Assembly: GCA_039698055.1 (NCBI GenBank)
Contig: JBDKTL010000024.1
Coordinates: 59,733 to 123,732 of the forward strand
Length of the DNA stretch: 64,000 nt
From: Methanoregula sp.
Lineage (GTDB): Archaea; Halobacteriota; Methanomicrobia; Methanomicrobiales; Methanospirillaceae
Direction of reading: 5' to 3'
In this document: in pieces, positions 9,208 through 18,515 of the stretch
Position numbering within the stretch: the first letter of the stretch is position 1
How the letters are laid out: the number at the start of each line of letters is the position of its first letter
Program-made: the position numbers and the translations under genes
The notes under the pieces: generated by a model
The model's database searches: none
What the model was told of the DNA's origin: nothing
Seen by the model: the letters and a program-made list of their open reading frames with translations, nothing else

Positions 9208-10287
9208 TTATTTCTTCCTGCCTGTTGTCTTTACAGCAGTTTTTGCTACGGTTTTTATGGGTTTTTTAGCGGTTTTTTCTGCAGTTTTTGTCTCTTTTGC
9301 TTTCTTAAACTGGGGCATAAGACCACGGACTTCCCTGCCCACTTCCTCAATAAGGTGGTCCTCGTCGGCTTTTGTGAGTGCGTTGAACACCGGGCGGTTC
9401 ACCGTATTCTCAAGCATCCATTCCTTTGCAAACTCCCCGCTCTGGATCTCATAGAGAATATCCTCCATCGCATCGTAACTCTCATCACCGATGACCCGTG
9501 GCCCTCGTGTGAGATCGCCGTACTGCGCGGTATTGCTGATATACTTGCGCATGTTCGTGAGCCCGCCTTCGTAGATGAGATCAACGATCAGTTTTGTCTC
9601 GTGAAGTACCTCAAGATATGCCATCTCGGGCGCATACCCGGCATCCACAAGGGTCTCAAATCCTGCTTTAATAAGCGATGTCATACCACCGCAGAGAACA
9701 GCCTGCTCTCCGAATAGGTCGGTCTCGGTTTCCTCACGGAATGAGGTCTCAAGGACAACCGCCCGCGTCGCGCCGATTCCCTTTGCGTAGGCAAGGGCAA
9801 TTTTATGCGCTTTACCGGTCGCATCCTGCTGGACGGCGATAAGAGCGGGCACGCCGTTTCCTTCTTCATATTGACGGCGCACCATGAACCCGGGTCCCTT
9901 GGGCGCCACCATTACCACATCCACATCAGCGGGTGGGACGATCTGCCCGAAATGAATGTTAAATCCATGGGAGAACATGAGGCATTTGTTCCGGGTCAGA
10001 TGAGGCATAATCTCCGTCCGGTACACCGCTGCCTGGTGTTCATCCGGGAGAAGAACCTGAATGATATCGGACTTTTTTACCGCCTCTGCAACGGTCATTA
10101 CCCTCATGCCGTCTTTTTTTGCCGCGTCCCAGCTCTTGCCCGGGCGCAGCCCGATCACAACGTCAAGCCCACTATCGCGCAGGTTCAGCGATTGCCCTCT
10201 ACCTTGGGAGCCATAACCGATCACTGCGATGTGCTTTCCTTTCAGCACCGAGAGATCAGCATCCGCCTCATAGTATTTTTTTAACAT
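9208..10287 (-). CDS. ilvC: Ketol-acid reductoisomerase with Lys/Thr/Ala-rich tail
   Basis: IGYGSQG, APKGPG and [16 protein letters not shown] motifs. Confidence 0.95.
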   Translation of the reverse strand: MLKKYYEADADLSVLKGKHIAVIGYGSQGRGQSLNLRDSGLDVVIGLRPGKSWDAAKKDGMRVMTVAEAVKKSDIIQVLLPDEHQAAVYRTEIMPHLTRNKCLMFSHGFNIHFGQIVPPADVDVVMVAPKGPGFMVRRQYEEGNGVPALIAVQQDATGKAHKIALAYAKGIGATRAVVLETSFREETETDLFGEQAVLCGGMTSLIKAGFETLVDAGYAPEMAYLEVLHETKLIVDLIYEGGLTNMRKYISNTAQYGDLTRGPRVIGDESYDAMEDILYEIQSGEFAKEWMLENTVNRPVFNALTKADEDHLIEEVGREVRGLMPQFKKAKETKTAEKTAKKPIKTVAKTAVKTTGRKK

Positions 10288-10442
10288 AATTGATCTGTTT
10301 GATATCAGCAACAAAGCACATAAATATTATATAAAAAAACTAAAGAAGCAGACTTGAAAAACTATTCTGGATGCGATGACTTATTAATTCAACACCTGTA
10401 AAGGATATCCCTGATCAGCCCTTCAGCGGGAAATTACCTGAT

Positions 10443-11378
10443 GTGCAGTCAACCTTGCCAGACGTGCGTATCAACCTGACCCGTGTCGGAGTGAAAAATG
10501 TTAAAAAACTCGTGGAAGTGACCCGTGCTGATAGGCGCCCGGTTATTTTTATCTCGAATTTCAATGTCTATGTCGATCTGCCCGGAAGCCTGAAAGGTGC
10601 AAACCTTTCCCGTAATTTCGAAGTAATTGATGAAGTTCTCCAGCAGGCAATTGAAGGTAAGGTCAGCGAGATCGAAAACCTGTGCAGCGCGGTTGCACGG
10701 AAACTGCTTGATCGCCATGAATATGCAGACCGGACCGAAGTCCTGATGAGAAGTGAGTTCATGGTAAAACGGGAGACCCCGGTCAGCCATACAACCTGTC
10801 ACGAAGTTGTAAAGGTACATGCACGGGCGATCGCCAAACGCACCTTCCGTGACCCTATTGTGCGTAAGAGCATCGGGGCTGAAGTAACTGGAATGACAGC
10901 CTGCCCATGCGCCCAGAATATTATGAAAGAGCGGGCGAACCAGGTACTGGAAAGCCTCGGCGTCGAGCAGAACACAATCGATGCTTTCTTCGAAGAAGTT
11001 CCCATGGCAACACATAACCAGCGTGGCCGGGGTTTCCTCTGCATCGAAACCGATGACGACCAGCATGTCGATCTGGAAAAAATTATCCAAATCCTCAAAG
11101 GTTCGATGAGTGCCGGGATTTATGAACTCCTGAAACGAGGCGATGAGGGTGCGGTGGTTCTCTCCGCGCACAAAAACCCCCGGTTTGTGGAAGACTGCGT
11201 TCGTGAAATGGCAAAGCGGGTACTTGCGGAATTCAGTTATCTTCCCGGGGATTCCGTGGTCACGATCAAGCAGACAAATGAGGAGAGTATTCACCAACAT
11301 GACGCCTATGCGGAGAGGCGGGCAACCCTTGCCGAACTGCTGGATGAGTTAAATGGTGAAAATAAATATACTGACTGA
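10443..11378 (+). CDS. mptA: GTP cyclohydrolase MptA (FolE2 family)
   Basis: GMTACPCA, ATHNQRG, PRFVEDCVR and ESIHQHDA motifs; GTG start. Confidence 0.9.
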   Translation: MQSTLPDVRINLTRVGVKNVKKLVEVTRADRRPVIFISNFNVYVDLPGSLKGANLSRNFEVIDEVLQQAIEGKVSEIENLCSAVARKLLDRHEYADRTEVLMRSEFMVKRETPVSHTTCHEVVKVHARAIAKRTFRDPIVRKSIGAEVTGMTACPCAQNIMKERANQVLESLGVEQNTIDAFFEEVPMATHNQRGRGFLCIETDDDQHVDLEKIIQILKGSMSAGIYELLKRGDEGAVVLSAHKNPRFVEDCVREMAKRVLAEFSYLPGDSVVTIKQTNEESIHQHDAYAERRATLAELLDELNGENKYTD

Positions 11379-11672
11379 TTTTCCTTCAATAATTCATTTT
11401 ATACAATCCCATTAAATTCTTTTACTCTATTTTCACCACCCCCTGATCATTTTTATATTAATTATACAGGCTGCATTTTCTATTCAAAATGCAATTTTGT
11501 TCCTGATTCTGTTTTTCGTCGATTCGAAGATAATATAATAAACGTTAAAAAGGGGCTCGTGTAAGATAGATCGAACGTACTTTGTACGGTCAGTTATCTC
11601 TAGAGATGAGAGAGGTATAGAGTAATTTTGTACCGAAATATGAACAACTCAACATAAAATGAGGCGATAATA

Positions 11673-13040
11673 TTGTCGAAAGTTGTAGAGATTTCCCCAA
11701 CCACAAGGCATGAAGGACATTCCAAGCTTGTCTTGAAGGTTAACGACGCAGGTATCATTGAGACGGGTAACTGGCTTTCCATTACTCCGGTCAGGGGCGT
11801 TGAGAGGCTTGCAGTCGGTAAAACGATGGAGCAGGTCCCGAAGATCGCGTCCCGCGTTTGTGGTATCTGTCCGATTGCCCACACACTCGCCGGGATCGAA
11901 TCGATGGAAGCATCCATCAAGTGTGAGATCCCCCGCGATGCATACCTTCTGCGTGTGGTCCTTCAGTGTGCCAACAGGCTGCACAGCCACGCACTGCACA
12001 ACATCCTGACGTTACCCGATATGTATATTCCGGGCACCGACACTAAGATCAACCCGTTCACTCCGGAAGAACCGGTGCGCAGCGTAGCAAAGCGTATCCA
12101 GCGGCTCCGCGAAATTGCACAGACTATCGGCGAGATTGCCGGTGGAGAGGCTATCCACCCGAGCAACCCACGCGTTGGTGGCATGTACAAGGCATGCTCC
12201 CCACAGGCAAAGACCAAGATGTACGACCTTGCTAAGGAAGGACTTGTTCTTGCCCACGATCAAATGGACTTCATGATCGCAGTCCTGCGCAACTACCAGA
12301 AGCGCGACTGGGCAGAAGTCGGTGGCAAGCAGATCAAGATCCCGAAGGATCTCGGTTACCACGACCAAGGTTATATGGCAACCCACCCGGTCTATGGAAG
12401 CTCCAGCCTTGACGAATGCCCCACTTGGGACTACAGCCGGTTCAAGGAGAGCCGGCCGTGGGACTGGTATATGGGCGAGAGTGAGATCACACTCGAAGAC
12501 CCGACCTACCCCGTCGGTGGTACTACCAAAATGGGCACCAAGGCAAACCCGCAGATGGAAGCCTGCACAGGTATCCCATGCTATGATGGTGCACCGGTCG
12601 AAGTCGGCCCCCGCGCCCGCTTGGTCAAGTTCAAGAACTTTGACGAGAAGGGCACCATTGGCCAGCAGGTCGCCCGCCAGATGGAATACCCGGACTGCCT
12701 GACTGCAATGATCTCAGCATTGGACGAATACAACCCCAATGGAAAGATCGTCGCTGATTATATTCCACAGGGTGACGGCTCCATGGGCTGGGCAGCCAAC
12801 GAAGCCCCCCGTGGTACCGATGTCCACCTTGCAAAAGTCAAGAATGGAAAAGTGCTCTGGTACTCGATGCTTGTCCCGACCACATGGAACTTTGCAACCT
12901 GCAGCGCTGCACTTAAGGGTGCCCCGTGGCAGCTTGCCGAAGTCATCGTTCGTGGGTATGACCCCTGTGTGTCATGTGCAACGCACATGATTGTCATCGA
13001 TGAGGACAAGAAAGTAGTTGCTCAGCAACTCATCCAGTGA
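11673..13040 (+). CDS. frhA: F420-reducing [NiFe]-hydrogenase large subunit
   Basis: RHEGH, RVCGICP and DPCVSCATH plus a cleavable tail; TTG start with GAGG upstream. Confidence 0.96.
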   Translation: MSKVVEISPTTRHEGHSKLVLKVNDAGIIETGNWLSITPVRGVERLAVGKTMEQVPKIASRVCGICPIAHTLAGIESMEASIKCEIPRDAYLLRVVLQCANRLHSHALHNILTLPDMYIPGTDTKINPFTPEEPVRSVAKRIQRLREIAQTIGEIAGGEAIHPSNPRVGGMYKACSPQAKTKMYDLAKEGLVLAHDQMDFMIAVLRNYQKRDWAEVGGKQIKIPKDLGYHDQGYMATHPVYGSSSLDECPTWDYSRFKESRPWDWYMGESEITLEDPTYPVGGTTKMGTKANPQMEACTGIPCYDGAPVEVGPRARLVKFKNFDEKGTIGQQVARQMEYPDCLTAMISALDEYNPNGKIVADYIPQGDGSMGWAANEAPRGTDVHLAKVKNGKVLWYSMLVPTTWNFATCSAALKGAPWQLAEVIVRGYDPCVSCATHMIVIDEDKKVVAQQLIQ

Positions 13041-13052
13041 GTGTGTACCCCG

Positions 13053-13592
13053 ATGTTGTATCCGGAGATCGTGATAGCAGGGTGCGGAAACCCCCTGTTT
13101 GCCGATGACGGTTTTGGACCGGCTGTCGTTGCGGAACTAAGAAAACTTACACTTCCCGACAATGTGAAAGTAGAGGATGCAGGCCTTGGTGGCCCGCATT
13201 TTATTTTTACGCTGCTCGATCCGGAAGTGACAAAAAAACTAGTGATTATTGACATTGCCGATTTTGGTGCTGAACCGGGGGAGATAACAAAACTCCGCGT
13301 GGAAGATCTGCCACCGGGCGCCTACCGTGACGCCCATTCGTGGGATCTGGCCGAACCGCTTCAACGCTTAAAAGACAGCATCGATATTACGATTATCGGA
13401 TGTCAGCCAAAACGGGTTACATCACCCGAATTTGAAATCGGGCTTTCTGAAGAGATGATGAAAGCGATACCAAAGACGATTCGGGTAGTGCTGGATACTA
13501 TAGGAGTGGATTATGGGACTACTATCAAGTGTCTTCAAGAAGAACGTCAGCGAGGAACCGCTCAAACCAGCAGCGGCCCCGCAGAAAACTGA
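13053..13592 (+). CDS. frhD: Hydrogenase maturation protease
   Basis: GCGNPLFADDGFG and DAHSW motifs; position in the frh operon. Confidence 0.93.
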   Translation: MLYPEIVIAGCGNPLFADDGFGPAVVAELRKLTLPDNVKVEDAGLGGPHFIFTLLDPEVTKKLVIIDIADFGAEPGEITKLRVEDLPPGAYRDAHSWDLAEPLQRLKDSIDITIIGCQPKRVTSPEFEIGLSEEMMKAIPKTIRVVLDTIGVDYGTTIKCLQEERQRGTAQTSSGPAEN

Positions 13593-14397
13593 CGTAGCGA
13601 CAAAAGTGGAAACAACAAAAAAGGAGGTTAAGCCTATGGCAGACAAGATTACAGTGGGCCATGTGCACATGAGTGGATGCACAGGGTGTCTTGTGTCCTT
13701 AGCAGACAACTATGGTGGGCTCTTGACAATTCTGGACAGGTATGCAGACCTTGTATATGGTCTGACACTTGCCGATGTGCGCCACATCCCCAAGATGGAT
13801 GTTGCACTTGTCGAGGGTTCTGTTTGTATTCAGGACAAATGCTCAGTAGATGAAATCAAACTGACAAGAGAGAAGGCGACAGTTGTTGTCGCTGTTGGCG
13901 GATGTGCCTGCTATGGTAACATCACCCGGTTCGCCCGTGGCGGCCAGCAGAACCAGCCGCAGATGGAGTCGTACTTACCCATCGGCGACCTTATCAAGGT
14001 AGACGTGTATATTCCGGGCTGTGCCCCAACCCCGCAGCTAATCAGGAATGTCTGTGTGATGGCATACCTGTTGCTCAAAGGAACAAAAGAGCAAAAAGAT
14101 CTTGCAACCGCATATCTTAAACCGCTCATGAACCTTGCAGCGCGTGGAACTGAAGCATGTGGCTGCGACATTATGTATGATGTAATCAATCAGGGACTCT
14201 GCATGGGATGCGGCAGCTGCGCGGCATCATGCCCGGTCAGGGCGATTACAATGGAGTACGGCAAGCCCAATATTGACCGTGAACTCTGTATCAAGTGCGG
14301 TGCCTGTTCTGCACAGTGTCCGAGAGGGTTCTTCAACACGGACGTTATCGGTGAGTACGAGGCGATCAACGAGGCCATTATGGCGGCACTCCAGTGA
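13513..14397 (+). CDS. frhG: F420-reducing hydrogenase gamma subunit (alternative start at 13636)
   Basis: CTGC, GGCACYG, PGCAP and two CxxCxxCxxxCP ferredoxin motifs. Confidence 0.95.
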   Translation: MGLLSSVFKKNVSEEPLKPAAAPQKTDVATKVETTKKEVKPMADKITVGHVHMSGCTGCLVSLADNYGGLLTILDRYADLVYGLTLADVRHIPKMDVALVEGSVCIQDKCSVDEIKLTREKATVVVAVGGCACYGNITRFARGGQQNQPQMESYLPIGDLIKVDVYIPGCAPTPQLIRNVCVMAYLLLKGTKEQKDLATAYLKPLMNLAARGTEACGCDIMYDVINQGLCMGCGSCAASCPVRAITMEYGKPNIDRELCIKCGACSAQCPRGFFNTDVIGEYEAINEAIMAALQ

Positions 14398-14408
14398 AGG
14401 TGATTGAA

Positions 14409-15278
14409 ATGGGAGCAGAACTCGGTAAATACAAATCATGCGTCTCAGCACGGAGCACCGATAAGGAGCTTCTCAAATGCTCACAGGATGGCGGTATCGT
14501 CACCCAGCTGTTTGCGTTTGCACTCGATGAGGGCATCATTGACGGAGCCATAGTTGCAGGTGTCGGCGAGGAGCCTTGGAAACCAGAGCCCATCGTCGCA
14601 ACAACACGGGCAGAACTGCTCGCGGCTCGCGGCACCAAATATAACATCAGCCCGAACGTTTCCTTAATCAAGGAAGCGGTAAGGAGCTACGGTCTTGATA
14701 AAGTCGGTATCGTAGGCACCCCGTGCCAGATGCAGGCTGTCAGGAAAGGCCAGCTCTACCCGGTCGGCCTGCGTGATGTTGGTGCAAGCATCGCTCTTGC
14801 AGTCGGTATCTTCTGCATGGAGAATTTCCCGTACCAGAGCATCCTTCAGCTCGTGGAAGACCACGCAGCCATGAAGCTCGAATCCGTCAAGAAGATGGAG
14901 ATCGGCAAGGGCAAGTTCTGGGTATACGGCAAGCGCGGACAGGTCGTCCAGCTGCCGCTCAAGGTTACCCACAAGTACGAACAGCCAGGATGCCACGTCT
15001 GCCTCGACTACGTTGCAAACATGGGAGATATCTCAACCGGCTCCGTTGGCAGCCCCGACGGTTGGTCCACAGTCTTTGTACGCTCAAAGATTGGTGACTC
15101 AGTCTGGGCAAAGGCAATGGCAGCAGGGTGCTTTGAAACCCAGCCAATAGAGAAGGTCAAGCCGGGTCTTGAACTCGTGACCAAGCTCGCAAACGAGAAG
15201 ATCACGAAGAACAAGGCAACGCTCGATGCTCGTGCAACCTTCGGTGTGGGCAAGGCTCTCCGCAACCCATACCTCTAA
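14409..15278 (+). CDS. frhB: F420-reducing hydrogenase beta subunit
   Basis: QDGGIVT, GTPCQ, IFCMENF, CHVCLD and DISTGSVGSPDGWS motifs. Confidence 0.95.
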   Translation: MGAELGKYKSCVSARSTDKELLKCSQDGGIVTQLFAFALDEGIIDGAIVAGVGEEPWKPEPIVATTRAELLAARGTKYNISPNVSLIKEAVRSYGLDKVGIVGTPCQMQAVRKGQLYPVGLRDVGASIALAVGIFCMENFPYQSILQLVEDHAAMKLESVKKMEIGKGKFWVYGKRGQVVQLPLKVTHKYEQPGCHVCLDYVANMGDISTGSVGSPDGWSTVFVRSKIGDSVWAKAMAAGCFETQPIEKVKPGLELVTKLANEKITKNKATLDARATFGVGKALRNPYL

Positions 15279-15294
15279 TTCTTTTTCTTTTTTG
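15279..15294 (+). terminator. Oligo-T terminator after frhB
   Basis: TTCTTTTTCTTTTTTG directly follows the stop codon. Confidence 0.6.
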
Positions 15295-15793
15295 TAGCGC
15301 GATTGTTTTGGATTTTATTAAAAAGGGATGTTCATCGGCATTCCATTGATCCCGAGAATGTGGGTCTGCCACCAGTGGCAGCGATTATCCTTACCGCATT
15401 AACGTTGTAAGAGAGAACCACGATGAGACTACCTGACATTTTACCATCGTGAAGGGTTCGTGAACCCGTGTGGTTGATTCATTTGCATTCGGGAAAACGC
15501 CGTTATACTCGTGAAAATATTCATTGTATCCTCTTACAAATTTCTTTTTTCTTCTCCTGAAGGTCCCCTTTTTTTCTGCTATGCAGGGATGTTGGTCCAG
15601 AATTACATTTTTATCAAGGGATTTGTTCAATAAACTGCCGGTGAGTTTATACTAAAAGGGGTGGGATGGATCGAAAGATCCCAAACAAGGTGTCGATGAG
15701 AAACATAGCAGAGACTTCTTTTCGATGAGGATTTTTTAAAAACACGATGTGACCCCATCCCAAATTATCTTAAGTTCACGACGTAATTGATAA

Positions 15794-15986
15794 AATGATG
15801 GAGGGGGTCGCACCACATTTTTTTTTAAAGATGAACCAACCAAATTACCCCTGCCACCCCCACCCCTCACGACCCGGGATTGGCTCAATTTACACCGGAG
15901 ATACTACAAGAATTGACGACAAGGGATTAACTGGAACTGAAGAGAGTTGATTTCACAAAAATGCATACCTGACCCCCTCCATCATT
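15794..15986. repeat. Non-coding element bounded by a perfect 16-bp inverted repeat (MITE-like or protein-binding array)
   Basis: AATGATGGAGGGGGTC (15794-15809) and its exact reverse complement GACCCCCTCCATCATT (15971-15986). Confidence 0.6.
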
Positions 15987-16126
15987 CGTGCTGGCATGGA
16001 TCTAAACGGACAAATTAAACGGATTGCTGATCCCCAACCCAAGAGATTCTGCAAATCTCGAGAGTCTTCAAAAAAGAATTGGTGTTGACTATTTTTCTAC
16101 TAGGAGATTGGAAACCTCCAAAAAAA

Positions 16127-16492
16127 CTATCCTCCTTTTATGACATGACACCGGAGCCAAGCCTCGATATCCGCCGGTTCAACGGTATAGGATGCGACAC
16201 CAGCAAATAATCCGGCTACCCGTTCGTCATCCGGCGCAAGGCAATAACCCTCATTTCCAAGGATCATGCTCGCAAGCGCGTGCGCAGTCCGCTTGTTGCC
16301 GTCACGGAACGCAGGATAGGCACACAGGAAGAAGAGTGCAAGTGCTGCCCGGCGGCAGGTATCGGGGATGAGATTCACACTAAAGACAAACTGGTGCAGG
16401 TTCGGTTCGGATAACAGCCGTGCGTCTCCACCGTCTTTTGCCGTGATCGCATCGTGGACAGCGATAATCTTCTCAACCGTGAGGTCATCCAT
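16127..16492 (-). CDS. Fic/Doc-family protein with degenerate catalytic motif
   Basis: MDDLTVEKIIAVHD N-terminus and YPAFRDGNKRTA motif. The start was moved to ATG 16492. Confidence 0.75.
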   Translation of the reverse strand: MDDLTVEKIIAVHDAITAKDGGDARLLSEPNLHQFVFSVNLIPDTCRRAALALFFLCAYPAFRDGNKRTAHALASMILGNEGYCLAPDDERVAGLFAGVASYTVEPADIEAWLRCHVIKGG

Positions 16493-16671
16493 GCCGGTAA
16501 TTATTTTGAGATGGATGTATGGAAAGGTTGTGGTTTTTTTTATGAGAGGGGGCAGAGGAGATGTGTCTTGTGAAATAAATCCATGTCTCACATAATCACA
16601 CTCTCCCAAACACACATCCCTAAAATACCAGTGTCTCTCAATATACCGTAGGAAAAATTCCCTCATAACAA

Positions 16672-17685
16672 ATGGAACCCGTCATCATCCACACGAACAG
16701 ATTCTACAACGGCGACTGTATTAGTGGGGCGGCTGAATGCCTACCGGACAATTCCGTGGATCTGATCATCACCGATCCTCCCTACGGAATCAACGGCGAC
16801 AAACTCCACCAGCACTATAGCCGTGACGAAAAATTTGTTGTGGAAGGTTATGTTGAAATCCCACAACAGAAGTACGCAGATTTCAGCATGAAATGGATTT
16901 GTGAAGCCGAACGGGTGCTGAAACCGGGCGGGTCAATCTATATCGTTTCGGGATATACCCATCTCATCGACATTCTCAACGCGTTACACAACACCAGTTT
17001 AACAGAGATCAACCATATAATATGGAAATACAATTTTGGGGTTTTCACCCGCCAGAAATACATATCCTCCCACTATCATATCCTGTTTTACGAAAAACCA
17101 GGAGGGAAACGGACTTTCAATCTCGAATCCCGGTATGGTCTGGCCGAACAATCGGATGATAATCGTTCCCTCAACAATACCGATCGCGAAGATGTATGGA
17201 TCATCAACCGGGAGTACAAACCCGGCAAAGTCAAGAACAAAAACGAACTTCCTACAGGACTGCTCGTTAAAATGATCCAGTACAGCAGTAATGAAGGCGA
17301 TCTGGTCTGTGATTTTTTTCTCGGCGGATTTTCTACCGCAAAAGTCGCGATTGGTCTTAACCGAAAGGTAACAGGATTCGAGATCTCGAAACGGATGTTT
17401 GATACAAAGATCAAAGAGATTCAGTCCCTGAAACCCGGTTATCTGGTTTCTACCCTGCGGAAAACCATCGTGAGTACTCTTAAAAATTCACGTAAATCAT
17501 GGACTAAAGAAGATCTTCAAACGTTACATGACGTCTTTTCCCGATTGAATACACAAGGGGTAACCAAAAAACAGATCATCGCCCAGCTCGGCAAAGAGCT
17601 CGGGAGAGGGCGATGGTCTATCGAGAAAGCCCTGAAAAAAGAGGGATTGTCCGGGGAAAAAAACGAAACTGAAAAGGTGCATTAA
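16672..17685 (+). CDS. Orphan beta-class amino DNA methyltransferase (DPPY, probably m6A) with C-terminal helical domain
   Basis: IITDPPY precedes DFFLGGFST (motif I); RVLKPGGSI. Confidence 0.85.
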   Translation: MEPVIIHTNRFYNGDCISGAAECLPDNSVDLIITDPPYGINGDKLHQHYSRDEKFVVEGYVEIPQQKYADFSMKWICEAERVLKPGGSIYIVSGYTHLIDILNALHNTSLTEINHIIWKYNFGVFTRQKYISSHYHILFYEKPGGKRTFNLESRYGLAEQSDDNRSLNNTDREDVWIINREYKPGKVKNKNELPTGLLVKMIQYSSNEGDLVCDFFLGGFSTAKVAIGLNRKVTGFEISKRMFDTKIKEIQSLKPGYLVSTLRKTIVSTLKNSRKSWTKEDLQTLHDVFSRLNTQGVTKKQIIAQLGKELGRGRWSIEKALKKEGLSGEKNETEKVH

Positions 17686-17811
17686 GGAAATTTTTGCAAG
17701 ATAATTCCTGTTTTCAGGAAGGACTATGCTGAGCCGGCATTTTTTTTATTGTGGCCAATAACCGGATTCGAAACAATCGCAGGGAGAACGTGAAAAAATA
17801 TGTGGACCAAT

Positions 17812-18303
17812 TCACCATTCCCGTTTTGTCACGGTCACCGGATCGATTATCGCATTGATCATCAGGTCAAACGGCACCGTGTCCAGCCACCCCGCCTTCT
17901 CAAACATATTCTGGAAACAGACACCCACCAGTTTCACGTCGCCATGCCGGGCGGCAAGATCTCGGATCTGCTCTTTTGTCACGGGCATGAGCGGCATCGC
18001 CAGTCCGCCCATGATTACAATAACCTTCGGATGGATTTCTGCCGGTTTCCCGCTTGCCTGCATGCCGATGTTGGGGACATCAACAATTGTCCGCGCCTTT
18101 GATTCGTCAAGAACCGGTACAAAAACCTGTTCCATATGCAATCCGCGCACGGCAACTGCGAGAAGTTCGACAAACGGGGTACAGGTTCCCGCACACCCGT
18201 AATAGACGACCTGATCGCCGTTTTTCAGGCCAAGACGGGTAAGATATTCCTTGAACGGGCGGAGGATGCCGGGGACACCGTGGAGGGTTGTTGGTTCAGT
18301 CAT
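17812..18303 (-). CDS. Conserved methanogen protein (DUF2124-like)
   Basis: GCAGTCTPFVELL, MGGLAMP and GVCFQNMF motifs. Confidence 0.75.
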   Translation of the reverse strand: MTEPTTLHGVPGILRPFKEYLTRLGLKNGDQVVYYGCAGTCTPFVELLAVAVRGLHMEQVFVPVLDESKARTIVDVPNIGMQASGKPAEIHPKVIVIMGGLAMPLMPVTKEQIRDLAARHGDVKLVGVCFQNMFEKAGWLDTVPFDLMINAIIDPVTVTKREW

Positions 18304-18515
18304 ATTACACACCGGATCAACCGTGAGAAAGATAAGGATTGCTTAAAAAACCGTTGTTCCTGCCACGTACAGATTCGTGAACGCGGTCACACCTGTTTTT
18401 TATGTATACCGTAAATTTGTTTTAATTCCTGCAGGAAATACACAAATCCCAAAGCCATCTAAAAACAAAATACCGCAATTATTCATACTTGAAAAAGAAC
18501 TATTCTTGACTACAC

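Noticed and set aside
10449-11300. 283-aa antisense ORF
   Set aside because: It is a shadow of mptA.
11673-13040. Selenocysteine hydrogenase
   Set aside because: The C-terminal motif is DPCVSC with Cys codons and no in-frame TGA.
15630-16126. Replication origin call
   Set aside because: There is no adjacent cdc6/orc1 and no canonical TTCCAxTGGAA ORB core. It is kept only as an alternative hypothesis.
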